DNA of 64,000 nt from contig JBAWZA010000013.1 of the NCBI GenBank assembly GCA_037143335.1, positions 9,208 to 73,207 of the forward strand. Direction: 5' to 3'. Origin of the DNA: a bacterium (GTDB lineage Bacteria > Bacteroidota > Ignavibacteria > Palsa-1295). A program made the position numbers and the translations under genes. Below the pieces are notes generated by a model. It was given only the letters and a program-made list of their open reading frames with translations. It searched no databases and was not told the DNA's origin. This document shows, in pieces, positions 1 through 8,960 of the stretch. The first letter of the stretch is position 1, and every line of letters starts with the position of its first letter.

Positions 1-20
1 ATTTGAGATAAGCTAACCGT

Positions 21-1172
21 ATGAAATACCTACCATTTTTGTTCGCAGTGATATTCCTTGCAGGAGGTGTAACGACCTCCTGCCGGAATTACATGCCAAC
101 GCAAGTACATTGCGATACGTGCTGTGATACGTGCAAGGCCGATACGACGCACCACCCCTGTGATACATGCACAAAACCATGCGATACCTGCGCAAAACCT
201 TGTGATACGTGTAACATCAATAGAGACTCACTCTCTCATGCCTTCGAGTGGAGTCAATTCTCAATCCCAGGGGAAACAAACCTGACAGGTTGTTGGGTAT
301 TTGGTCCGAATGACATCTTGATTGTTGGTAATAATTTGTGGCACTATGATGGAGTATCATTTTCACTTGTACCTGCGTTTGATCTGACGCATAACAGTGT
401 TAAACTCAATGGAGCATTGAGCGGATATAGTATTTTTGCATTTAGTAAGACAGATTTCTGGTTAGTACACGGAAGTGATGTACTTCATACTAATGATGGG
501 AAGTATTTCGATGACTACCGACCGGGAGCAGTAAATGCTTGTTGGGGCTCGTCTCCCAATGATGTATTTATCGTCGGTAACGTTGGGCATATTGCACACT
601 GGGATGGCGTAGCATTCACACAGATGAGTTCGGGGACAACAACTGATCTCAACTCGGTTTGCGGAACAGACCATAATCATGTTTGGGCAAGTGGAAGACA
701 TCAAGCTAATAATACAACGGTATTAGTTCATTATGATGGAAATCAGTGGAATATCGATGATTTATCCAATGACAATCAGGTGAAGCAGAATCTTTTGTTT
801 TCTGTCTGGTCAACAGACTCCACTATTTCACATGAATTTACCACAGTGTCCAGCGCCTTCGTTTACCGAAAAACTGATAATCAAGCCTGGAGAATAGATC
901 AATCCGTCCCAAATCAAATACCTCGAGACACTGCCCATCGTGTTTCCTTGCAAGCAATTCAAGGTAATAATCCGAATGACTTATGGGTTGCCGGTGATTG
1001 GGGTTATCTCAGTCATTGGAGCGGAAAAACATGGGCTAAGTACCCTGCACTTTTTGATTATACTAACCTACTCTACGGCGGTGGTCAATTGTCTGTCCGT
1101 GGCAATACCGTTTGCATTGTTGGGTTTAAAAACAATAACAGTTGGGTAGCTATTGGTACACGGAAGGAATGA
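21..1172 (+). CDS. putative lipoprotein with a Cys-rich (CDTC)x5 linker followed by beta-propeller-like repeats
   Basis: Long ORF. N-terminal signal peptide MKYLPFLFAVIFLAGGVTTSC with a lipobox-like Cys21. Five CDTC motifs follow. Then come recurring blade-like motifs (LWHYDG, IAHWDG, LVHYDG, LSHWSG) reminiscent of Ycf48/BNR-like propellers. The fold call is inference. Confidence 0.6.
   Translation: MKYLPFLFAVIFLAGGVTTSCRNYMPTQVHCDTCCDTCKADTTHHPCDTCTKPCDTCAKPCDTCNINRDSLSHAFEWSQFSIPGETNLTGCWVFGPNDILIVGNNLWHYDGVSFSLVPAFDLTHNSVKLNGALSGYSIFAFSKTDFWLVHGSDVLHTNDGKYFDDYRPGAVNACWGSSPNDVFIVGNVGHIAHWDGVAFTQMSSGTTTDLNSVCGTDHNHVWASGRHQANNTTVLVHYDGNQWNIDDLSNDNQVKQNLLFSVWSTDSTISHEFTTVSSAFVYRKTDNQAWRIDQSVPNQIPRDTAHRVSLQAIQGNNPNDLWVAGDWGYLSHWSGKTWAKYPALFDYTNLLYGGGQLSVRGNTVCIVGFKNNNSWVAIGTRKE
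111..212 (+). repeat. tandem in-frame CDTC tetrapeptide repeats (5 copies) directly after the lipobox
   Basis: The translation reads CDTCCDTCKADTTHHPCDTCTKPCDTCAKPCDTC. The DNA shows repeated tgYgatacNtgY units. Confidence 0.85.
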
Positions 1173-1237
1173 GATCTTTGCTTATTCTCTTTTTCGCAAT
1201 TCTGCTTGCAGGAGGTGTAACGACCTCCAAGGGCTAA
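1169..1237 (+). pseudogene. 22-codon remnant of a paralogous lipoprotein signal peptide
   Basis: The ATG overlaps the TGA of the upstream gene (ATGA). It translates to MRSLLILFFAILLAGGVTTSKG*. A 24-nt exact repeat cttgcaggaggtgtaacgacctcc occurs at 57-80 and 1205-1228. The lipobox Cys position is replaced by Lys and a stop follows two codons later. Confidence 0.5.
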
Positions 1238-1279
1238 TGCAGTATCGGACATAGTTCGACGCAATAAATGCGCAATAAA

Positions 1280-2011
1280 TTACCGATGCAATCCTCGGAT
1301 GCGGAGAAGTTCTAAAAACATTTTCGCAGAATCGCTCAATGCGCCAACAGTCGTGCGCTCATCGTTGTACCACTCAACGGCAACTTCCTTGATTCGGTAA
1401 TTGAATTTCTTTGCGAGGTAGAGAATTTCGACATCAAAGGAGAATCCCATTACTTTTTGTAAGGAGAAAATCTTTTCGGCGGCTTCGGCAGTGAATCCCT
1501 TAAAGCCACACTGCGTATCTTTGATGCCTCGGAAGACGAGAGTCTGTACCAATAAATTAAAAAATCTTCCCATGGCTTCACGATACCACGGTTGGTGGAC
1601 CTTGACTAATTTCCGGCCTTCGAGTGCGCGGCTACCGACGACGATGTCATAAGTACCTGACGAGATTGCAGAAATAACTTTCTCAACTTCGTGGATCGGA
1701 GTCGAAAGATCTGCATCGGTGAAGATTCTCACTTCGCCAGTTGCGCCAAGCATACCAGCTTGCACAGCAGCCCCTTTGCCGCAGTTTACGCCAAGCTCAA
1801 TCAGGCGTTTAGTGACGCGAGAAAATTGGAGATCAGAATATTTTTTGAAGATCTCTTGAATGACTTGCACGGAATCATCAGGTGAGCCATCATCAACGAT
1901 TATTACTTCAGAGTCGTATCTCTGTTTTTCGAGATAGGTAAAAATCTTCTCCAACGATACACCAATCCGGCTCGACTCTTTATATGCTGGTATTATGAGG
2001 GAAAGGTACAT
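1280..2011 (-). CDS. family 2 glycosyltransferase, polyprenol-phosphate glycosyltransferase-like (Dpm1/GtrB/ALG5-like)
   Basis: N-terminal LSLIIPAYKES...VIIVDDGSPDDS and a later TDADL motif are typical of GT2 (GT-A fold, DxD). Confidence 0.8.
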   Translation of the reverse strand: MYLSLIIPAYKESSRIGVSLEKIFTYLEKQRYDSEVIIVDDGSPDDSVQVIQEIFKKYSDLQFSRVTKRLIELGVNCGKGAAVQAGMLGATGEVRIFTDADLSTPIHEVEKVISAISSGTYDIVVGSRALEGRKLVKVHQPWYREAMGRFFNLLVQTLVFRGIKDTQCGFKGFTAEAAEKIFSLQKVMGFSFDVEILYLAKKFNYRIKEVAVEWYNDERTTVGALSDSAKMFLELLRIRGLHR

Positions 2012-2022
2012 GGTTTTATCTT

Positions 2023-2056
2023 GAAAAAAAAAGCGCAGGGATGACTCCCTGCGCTT
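2023..2056 (-). terminator. Rho-independent terminator downstream of the DUF2723 gene
   Basis: A 9-bp GC-rich stem (gcgcaggga / tccctgcgc, 2033-2041 / 2046-2054) with a 4-nt loop. On the minus strand it is followed by a 10-nt T run (plus-strand A run 2023-2032). Confidence 0.75.
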
Positions 2057-2071
2057 TCGTCAAGACATACG

Positions 2072-5000
2072 CTATTTTTTCGATGGTGCGCCCTTCATTG
2101 AAGTATCACTCGTTGCTTGGGGATTTACCTCTTTGCGTAATGCATCTACTCGAGCATGGAGTTCGTTGAACTCTGCCGCGAAGTCGGCACCGCTATTAGC
2201 AATTGCTACACCGTAATTTGCGAAGAAGCGATCATATAGCTCTAGTGCTTTCTTTTTATCACCTCGTTTATCGGTGATCATCGCCTCGACTTGTTCCGAA
2301 CGGAACATGATGAGTCCTTGCTCTTGCTTATCGGTTGTTACTTGTGCAAGATGTTGCAAAACAGTTTGTGCTTTCTCAAGATCACCAGCATTGATGAGTG
2401 CTTGAGCATACATTGCTCCTTGGTTTGCTTCTCTGCCACCAAGTTGAGCGGCATTTGCAATTTCTCCGTAGCCTCGTTCTAAGTCTGCGAGTGCATACTT
2501 CGAGTATTTCTTTGCCATCTCTGCATTGCCCAATCGTTTGTGCAGTGCGGCAATGAGCGGAGCGATTCGATCTTCATAGAGAACGCGTTCCGGTGGAATT
2601 GCTTTATCAAGTACAGCAAGCGTTTTGTTCGCTTCGGCGAATTTTCCTTCGAGAGCAAATTTCTCTGCAAGTGCGTAGTAACTCCTTACCATCGAGAAGA
2701 AAGGCGGAGCATTTGTTCTGTCGGCATTGCTCCACCGAGCATCAGGATCGCTAAATGTCGAAAGGAAATATCCGCGCTTCGGTGTAAGTGATAGATGTTC
2801 CTTATCGACTAAGTTCAATGCCGATTCAGCACTCAATGCTTCGTTCAATGCACCGAGAGGTCCACCACCTGTTTGGATTACTGGCGTAACACGCTGCGCC
2901 ATTCCTTCTGATTGGACATACGGTCTCAATCCAACGAAGTACTGGTCTTGGACGAATGGTGCGAAGTAAATCGGTCGAGAGTTGATGTTACCTTCGACGA
3001 TTGTACGTACCAATTCGTCTGCTACAATAAAGTATGTTTCGCCTGCATCAAGAGGAATCTGTCCACGATATTTCCATGTCATGGTAGTATCGTGTGCATT
3101 CGGATTCCCAGTGAAAGCTACCATAGTAGCCGCAGAAATTTTCACCGTTTCCATCTTCGGCTTATCACGGAATTGATGAGCCTCATGAAGTTGCTTGTCA
3201 TCAAGATCATGCAACATACTATCAGGGAATCCAGGCAAGTTCACTTTTTTGCCAACACCCCATGAATCCTTCAGAAGCTGGCGGATATACCAGCCCATAT
3301 TTCCGAGCGACAGATTCACGATACGAATGTCACGCCTGATGCCATACACATCTTGAGCGCACCAAAGAGGGAATGTATCGTTATCGCCTGCGGTGAAGAG
3401 AATAGCATCTTTCTCGCAGCTTTGCAATACGTTGTATGCGTATTCAAGCGGTATGTTATTATGACTTCGCGAGTACTCTCGCCACTTCGAAGTTTGATCA
3501 AAGGATTTCCCTCCGAGCATACCTGCAAGTCCGACTGCTTGATTGAGCGGTACGAAAACGACGGCAGCTGCGAATGCAGCGCCGAGCAATGCTACGTTGC
3601 CAGCTCCGATAGGTACCGCATTTGATGCTTCAGAATTATCCTCATTCGGATTGCTGGATTTTTTCGCACGTAACATTTCCATGATACCTGTCGCGCCGAT
3701 ACCAATCCACATTGCGTAAAGATAGAACGCTCCAACGTAGAAGTAATCACGTTCACGTGGTTGCGGGTCCTGCTGATTTTGATACCATGCAGTTGCCCAG
3801 CCGAAGAGAATAAAGGCACCGAGAATTGTCAGTGCTCGCTTGGGGTCTCGCTTAAAATGCCAATACATTCCGAACAGTCCGAGGAAGAGCGGGATGCCCC
3901 ACGTCTTCGACCAATCAATGCCGGCACCGTCAGCTTGCGAAACACGTCCGACGAAATTCCACATTAAGTAACGGTTATACATTTCATTCGTCTGGTATCT
4001 CCAGAAGAAATCCATGTTGCCACTGTAGTCAGTAAACGTTGGGTCCTGATCGTGCGGACGCTCTTGATCACCTACTTGGCGAGGCCAAGGCGGGCGGTAT
4101 CCGTACTGATCACGATTAATAAATTTAGTTATCGTTGCGAAGTTATCTGCATGCCACTGGTTCATCGGAGGCTCTTGCCCGGCGCGTACGATGTAGAGAT
4201 AGTAGGTTGAGTATCCCATGAACATCAGGAACACAGACCAGAGGCATAAGTTGAGTAATGCTTTCTTCTCACGTTGTGAATACAAAATTCCGGCTATTGC
4301 CCCTAAGATAAGTAAGTAGCCAACGAGTTTGGAGACTGTCGGACTTGGAGACGGGTTGAAATTCCCGATCATCCAACCTAAGATATACCGAGTGAGAAAT
4401 GCAATTGCGATCTGCGTGTAGGTACGCTTCGAAACTCCAAAATATCCTTTTTCTTTTGAAGCAGTAGCTTTTGTTGTTGCGTTATAAATCCACACTGCAA
4501 TTGCTGAACCTATGATAGCGTAGCCCGTGCCCGTTGCGCCTCCACCAAGTAATTCGACAAGCTCTGATAGTACGAGCTTGAATGCGATTATGAAGGCAAC
4601 ACACGATGAAAGTACCATGGTTAACCATGAGCCAACAGATGTATCTTTTCTGCGACGATAGTAGATGAGCATGAAACATGGGAACACCGCAAGCAACGCA
4701 AGCTGGTGAACGCCAAGCGAAAGTCCCATGATATAGGCCACTAAGAGCAAATACTTTTCAGAATGTTCTTCATCAGCGTGATCGTACCATACGAGCATGA
4801 TCCACGGAATGATCGAGATGAAAAGTGATCCGAAGGCATATACTTCGCACTCGAGAGCATTGAACCAGAAGCTATCGGTGAAGCAATAACTGAGTGCCGC
4901 GATGAGCGCACCGCCATAGGTGGTAATCATATCCGCTGTTGACTTCGGTTCGCCGCGCCACAGTTTGATAAGACGTGCACTTGTCAGATATAATAAGAGA

Positions 5001-5272
5001 ATCGAAAGTGCTGAGGCGATAACAGAGAATAAATTATACCGAGCAACCATATCCGCCGATGTGGGGAGCATCATTGCGAACTTGCCCATCAGTGCCCACA
5101 GCGGAGCTCCTGGTGGGTGTCCTACTTGTAAGCCGAATGCCGCGGCGGCGAATTCTCCGCAATCCCAGAATGAGATCGAGGGTTGCATCGTGAGGAAGTA
5201 TGTGAAGAACCCAACAAAAAATGCGATTCCTGCAAAAATATAATGCGTCCGTTTTGATTGCATCAATATCAA
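2072..5272 (-). CDS. DUF2723/TMEM260-like GT-C fold membrane glycosyltransferase with C-terminal TPR-like region
   Basis: The N-terminus SFWDCGEFAAAAFGLQVGHPPGAPLW matches the signature I recall for DUF2723. There are many TM segments over about 550 aa. The helical C-terminal third is repeat-rich (ALAEKFALEGKFAEA, YAQALINAGDLEKAQ). Confidence 0.7.
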   Translation of the reverse strand: MILMQSKRTHYIFAGIAFFVGFFTYFLTMQPSISFWDCGEFAAAAFGLQVGHPPGAPLWALMGKFAMMLPTSADMVARYNLFSVIASALSILLLYLTSARLIKLWRGEPKSTADMITTYGGALIAALSYCFTDSFWFNALECEVYAFGSLFISIIPWIMLVWYDHADEEHSEKYLLLVAYIMGLSLGVHQLALLAVFPCFMLIYYRRRKDTSVGSWLTMVLSSCVAFIIAFKLVLSELVELLGGGATGTGYAIIGSAIAVWIYNATTKATASKEKGYFGVSKRTYTQIAIAFLTRYILGWMIGNFNPSPSPTVSKLVGYLLILGAIAGILYSQREKKALLNLCLWSVFLMFMGYSTYYLYIVRAGQEPPMNQWHADNFATITKFINRDQYGYRPPWPRQVGDQERPHDQDPTFTDYSGNMDFFWRYQTNEMYNRYLMWNFVGRVSQADGAGIDWSKTWGIPLFLGLFGMYWHFKRDPKRALTILGAFILFGWATAWYQNQQDPQPRERDYFYVGAFYLYAMWIGIGATGIMEMLRAKKSSNPNEDNSEASNAVPIGAGNVALLGAAFAAAVVFVPLNQAVGLAGMLGGKSFDQTSKWREYSRSHNNIPLEYAYNVLQSCEKDAILFTAGDNDTFPLWCAQDVYGIRRDIRIVNLSLGNMGWYIRQLLKDSWGVGKKVNLPGFPDSMLHDLDDKQLHEAHQFRDKPKMETVKISAATMVAFTGNPNAHDTTMTWKYRGQIPLDAGETYFIVADELVRTIVEGNINSRPIYFAPFVQDQYFVGLRPYVQSEGMAQRVTPVIQTGGGPLGALNEALSAESALNLVDKEHLSLTPKRGYFLSTFSDPDARWSNADRTNAPPFFSMVRSYYALAEKFALEGKFAEANKTLAVLDKAIPPERVLYEDRIAPLIAALHKRLGNAEMAKKYSKYALADLERGYGEIANAAQLGGREANQGAMYAQALINAGDLEKAQTVLQHLAQVTTDKQEQGLIMFRSEQVEAMITDKRGDKKKALELYDRFFANYGVAIANSGADFAAEFNELHARVDALRKEVNPQATSDTSMKGAPSKK

Positions 5273-5383
5273 TAAATTTATGAAAATTCAAGTGTTAGTA
5301 AACCTTTTTCGGAGTAAGAGCAATCCCGTGTTTAGGGCTAAAATCAAGCCAAAGAAAGAAAATAGACTCTGTTACACGTTCGG

Positions 5384-6034
5384 TCAATCTGCTCGGCTCG
5401 GGCACAAGTCAGCTATTTTACAGAGACTACAGTTGGGCTTGCGCGCATCACAAATTGCTCGCCCGTGCGAGATCAGAAAATGTGTTGCCATTGTCCATTC
5501 TTTCTGGGGGAGAAGATTCATCAAGTCTTTTTCTATTTTTTCGGGATCTTGGTGCGAGGTAATCTTGAGTCGGTTCGCAAGGCGAGTAACGTGGGTATCA
5601 ACGGCAATACCCTCAGCAAGACCGAAAGCATTACCGAGAACCACGTTCGCAGTCTTTCTGCCGACGCCTCGCAATGTGGTAAGTTCATCCATTGTGTGCG
5701 GGACTCTGCCACCAAATTTCTCGACGATGTCTGTCGCCATTGATTTGATCGACTTTGCTTTCTGATGAAAAAATCCTGTCGAGCGGATAACTTCTTCGAT
5801 GTCCTCTAACTCCGCTTTCGCAAGTGAATTTGGGGTTGGGAAAGTCGGGCGAAATGTTTTCATCACGATATTCACCCGCGCATCGGTGCACTGTGCCGAA
5901 AGAATCGTCGCGGCGAGTAATTCAAAAGGTGTCGTATAGTCCAAAGCGCAATGAGCATCGGGGTAGAGCTTCTCTAACTCCACAAAGATTTTTTTTGCTC
6001 GTGCTAATTTATCAGACTTTGTTTCGCGTGGCAT
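5384..6034 (-). CDS. nth: endonuclease III
   Basis: HhH-GPD motifs (LTTLRGVGRKTANVVL) and the C-terminal 4Fe-4S ligand pattern C-x6-C-x2-C-x5-C (CDARKPNCSLCKIADLC). Confidence 0.9.
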   Translation of the reverse strand: MPRETKSDKLARAKKIFVELEKLYPDAHCALDYTTPFELLAATILSAQCTDARVNIVMKTFRPTFPTPNSLAKAELEDIEEVIRSTGFFHQKAKSIKSMATDIVEKFGGRVPHTMDELTTLRGVGRKTANVVLGNAFGLAEGIAVDTHVTRLANRLKITSHQDPEKIEKDLMNLLPQKEWTMATHFLISHGRAICDARKPNCSLCKIADLCPSRAD

Positions 6035-6041
6035 TCGTAAA

Positions 6042-6674
6042 TTATTTGGAGTGAGTATTCTGCATCATCATGGTGATGGAGTCCGATTCGGTTCGATAGT
6101 ATCGGTATGTCACCTTTTCATTTTTTTTTATCAATGCCCCAAGCTGCATCGCACGCGTGAAAAAATCGTTATCGTCACCATAAAGCATATCGCTAAACCC
6201 GCCTAATCGCTTGAATAGATCACGGCGAATGGTGAATGTCCCTCCGATTATGCACTCATCAATTGGTATCAATTTCGATGGATCATGCATATCTGCCACC
6301 ATGTTCGAACCGATGACTTCGACGTTGCCGTGTATTAATTCGACTGCTGGTATTTGTGAGATTAATTGCTCACGAACTGATAAGTGATCGGGTAAATACT
6401 CATCATCCGAATCGAGGAATGAGAGGAATGAGCCTTTAGCAAACTCCGCTCCGTGATTTCTTGCGACCGCTGGTCCTTGATTTGATTGGTTTATGTAGGT
6501 GATACGCTCGTCGCGTTCTGTGAAGGAGTCAACAATTTTCTTGGTGTTATCACTTGACCCATCATCACTCACGAGTAATTCCCAATTTTCGTACTCCTGA
6601 TTTCTCACGCTATCAATCGCGCGACCGATCAAATGTGCTCGGTTATATGTGGGGAGAATAATTGAGAAGAGCAT
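6042..6674 (-). CDS. family 2 glycosyltransferase
   Basis: FSIILPTYNRAHLIGRAIDSVRNQEYENWELLVSDDGSSD and a DSDDE motif. Confidence 0.8.
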   Translation of the reverse strand: MLFSIILPTYNRAHLIGRAIDSVRNQEYENWELLVSDDGSSDNTKKIVDSFTERDERITYINQSNQGPAVARNHGAEFAKGSFLSFLDSDDEYLPDHLSVREQLISQIPAVELIHGNVEVIGSNMVADMHDPSKLIPIDECIIGGTFTIRRDLFKRLGGFSDMLYGDDNDFFTRAMQLGALIKKNEKVTYRYYRTESDSITMMMQNTHSK

Positions 6675-6677
6675 ACG

Positions 6678-8282
6678 TTAGATCACTCGCTCATATTGAT
6701 TGAGATCAATTTTCCAGACCTTCACTCCGCAGTAGCGTTCGCCTTCAGGACAAATTGGCCGAACATGTGCAAGGTCGCGAAGCCCACACGGAGGAAGCAG
6801 ATACTTCCCGATCATCGGATGAATCGTACGTATTTGATCTGCCTCATCGACTGATGCTCGCCAAATTTCTTCTTGCGCATTATAACATAATCTCATTGCA
6901 TGTTTGTGGTGCAACGATAGTAGGTCACTAGATTCAGTGAACCTGATATTTGTTGCGTTCGGAAGCATGTACTCACGAAATTCTTGCGAGACACCGAGTG
7001 CGCGGAGCTTCGCATAGCTTTTCCAGGACTGCTCGATTGATTGGCGATAACGATCTTGCACTTCCTGCGACGCTGTAGTGACGACAAGTGGTGTCTCAAA
7101 ATCAGGGACGTCATCACGTAACTGCATGTGAAGTATCGGACGCGAACCAGGGGTCATGCGATGGCGCTGATCTTGTGAGTCAGCTGTATGCGAAAGTTTT
7201 TTGCGGAATGTATAATGAACGTTATGCATCGCACGCGAAAATTTTGTCTCGGTTGTGAGCACAAGGGTTTCACCGAGAATGGTATTCTTGCTGGGATCCA
7301 AGACTAAGGCAATCGCGTCTTCATCGTCCATATCACGCGGAGATTTTCCCATCACCTCGCGAATACTATTTGCCAATGTCTTTTCGGCGAATGCCTTGTA
7401 GTCAACAAGTTTTGAATAGTTACCATCCAGGTCATCATCGAACTCTTTAATGAAATGATGTATCTCGCTATCCGAATTTCCAGTCTTAATAAATTCTGCT
7501 TCGGGATATCTTTCTGGTTCAAGCGGCTCTTCGAGGATCAGTTTATAGTTTGGATCGTAACGAAGTAATTCATCGACCATTGCTTTTACAAGCATGTATG
7601 TCTCGCTCGGCACGTCAGCCATTTTTGCTAAACGATAATAGCGAAGCAATGTGATCCCGCTTATCGTATGATAGAGATACGCAGTGGTCGAGACTGGCAG
7701 GACGTACCGTGCAACTTCTTGTGCTTTCTTTCTTATTTCTTTTTTGTAATCATCAGCTTTTTTTCGGCGATGGGGGAAGCGATCAAAATAAGCATCGGAA
7801 ATTGCAGGTGTTAGTAAGCTGATGAGATCATGGTAATCCGCCATAACACGTTCCATTTCCCGTGTGTAGTGTGATTGCGCTGCTTCATTTTCAAAATTCG
7901 GAACCACATAACTTCCGCTCTTTACCTCTACATATCTCTGACTCACCTGTTCGGAGTTATAGAATGGATGCGAGTGCAAGAACGACCAGATCGCATGGCG
8001 CGAAACACCCTCTATAGCAAATTGAAAATGTGCATGTTGCAGTGTCGTGTGATGACCGGCTTCATAGATGCTTTGTGCAAGCGCTGCATGTTTCTCCATG
8101 GAGACACCTTCATCGGTGATTATCCCTTTCGAGGAGTAACACGTTCTGGCAGTTGCAATTGCATTTTTGAATGGGTTTGCAAATGCGTTGATGAGTTTTA
8201 CTTGGAGCGGAGAATCAATAAAGCGATTGATGCCGTTGTGAGCGTCGTCGGATGTTGTCTCGCCTAAATCAATCAATGCCAT
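6678..8282 (-). CDS. thyX: FAD-dependent thymidylate synthase, double-length (pseudo-dimeric) form
   Basis: The N-half has GHHTTLQHAHFQF and SQRY. The C-half has QDQRHRM and NAQEEIW, resembling the ThyX RHR and AQxEI motifs. At 534 aa it is about twice canonical ThyX. Confidence 0.7.
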   Translation of the reverse strand: MALIDLGETTSDDAHNGINRFIDSPLQVKLINAFANPFKNAIATARTCYSSKGIITDEGVSMEKHAALAQSIYEAGHHTTLQHAHFQFAIEGVSRHAIWSFLHSHPFYNSEQVSQRYVEVKSGSYVVPNFENEAAQSHYTREMERVMADYHDLISLLTPAISDAYFDRFPHRRKKADDYKKEIRKKAQEVARYVLPVSTTAYLYHTISGITLLRYYRLAKMADVPSETYMLVKAMVDELLRYDPNYKLILEEPLEPERYPEAEFIKTGNSDSEIHHFIKEFDDDLDGNYSKLVDYKAFAEKTLANSIREVMGKSPRDMDDEDAIALVLDPSKNTILGETLVLTTETKFSRAMHNVHYTFRKKLSHTADSQDQRHRMTPGSRPILHMQLRDDVPDFETPLVVTTASQEVQDRYRQSIEQSWKSYAKLRALGVSQEFREYMLPNATNIRFTESSDLLSLHHKHAMRLCYNAQEEIWRASVDEADQIRTIHPMIGKYLLPPCGLRDLAHVRPICPEGERYCGVKVWKIDLNQYERVI

Positions 8283-8332
8283 GAAATCTACTAATCGTTG
8301 TCGTTATGAAATTTCAACTTCTTCTCTTTACA

Positions 8333-8665
8333 CTATGCAACATACTTGAATGCTTCAATAGCAAACATTTCCCATTTGCTTGAGTATTTCAGTGGGACTA
8401 CAACCCACTCCTTCATCGGTCTGTTCATTCCCGATGGGTCAAATAATTTTGCTTCGGTGAGCGCAAGTGCTTGCTTATGTACATCCCCTGAGAGTTTGAA
8501 CACCATTTCATTTCCAAACAAGCCGCAAAAAGCTTTTGAATGAATTTTTAGCGTAGGCATTCCGAACATTTTTGATTGTTCCGCACCAGATCGCTCACTC
8601 AGCGTGTCGGCAATCGCATGATATTTTCGTTCAGCCTTGGGGTTGGGTTTCGGTAGTAGTTTCAT
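8333..8665 (-). CDS. small TfoX/Sxy N-terminal-domain-like protein
   Basis: The pattern KMFGMPTLKIHSKAFCGLF..MVFKL...FDPSGMNRPMKEWVVVP resembles stand-alone TfoX_N proteins. This is recalled from memory only. Confidence 0.4.
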   Translation of the reverse strand: MKLLPKPNPKAERKYHAIADTLSERSGAEQSKMFGMPTLKIHSKAFCGLFGNEMVFKLSGDVHKQALALTEAKLFDPSGMNRPMKEWVVVPLKYSSKWEMFAIEAFKYVA

Positions 8666-8895
8666 CGGTACAAAAATACGATGAAACAGGGCAATCTCAA
8701 ACAGATGAGCACTGCGGTTGAACCTGCCTGTATCTTCGGTAATCTGAATAACGCGTGAATTATGGCGAATTTACGAGTGCGAGAGGCAAGAGGGTGGACC
8801 AATGATGTAAATAGTCTTAGCAATTTTTCAATACATTAGTTAAAATACTCTTCTGAGAGGTTAATGTAAAATATTCTTAGGGACTTTCAATAATT

Positions 8896-8923
8896 TGTAA
8901 CGTTCGCCGCAAAAAATGTGTCT
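8896..8923 (+). promoter_or_regulatory. candidate ECF-type autoregulated promoter
   Basis: tgtAAC at 8896-8901 and gtGTCt at 18-nt spacing, about 40 nt upstream of the ECF sigma ORF. The match to the GAAC...CGTC class is weak. Confidence 0.2.
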
Positions 8924-8960
8924 TTAGGTAGCGGAGGCAATAGTTTCTGCAAGCCACTTC

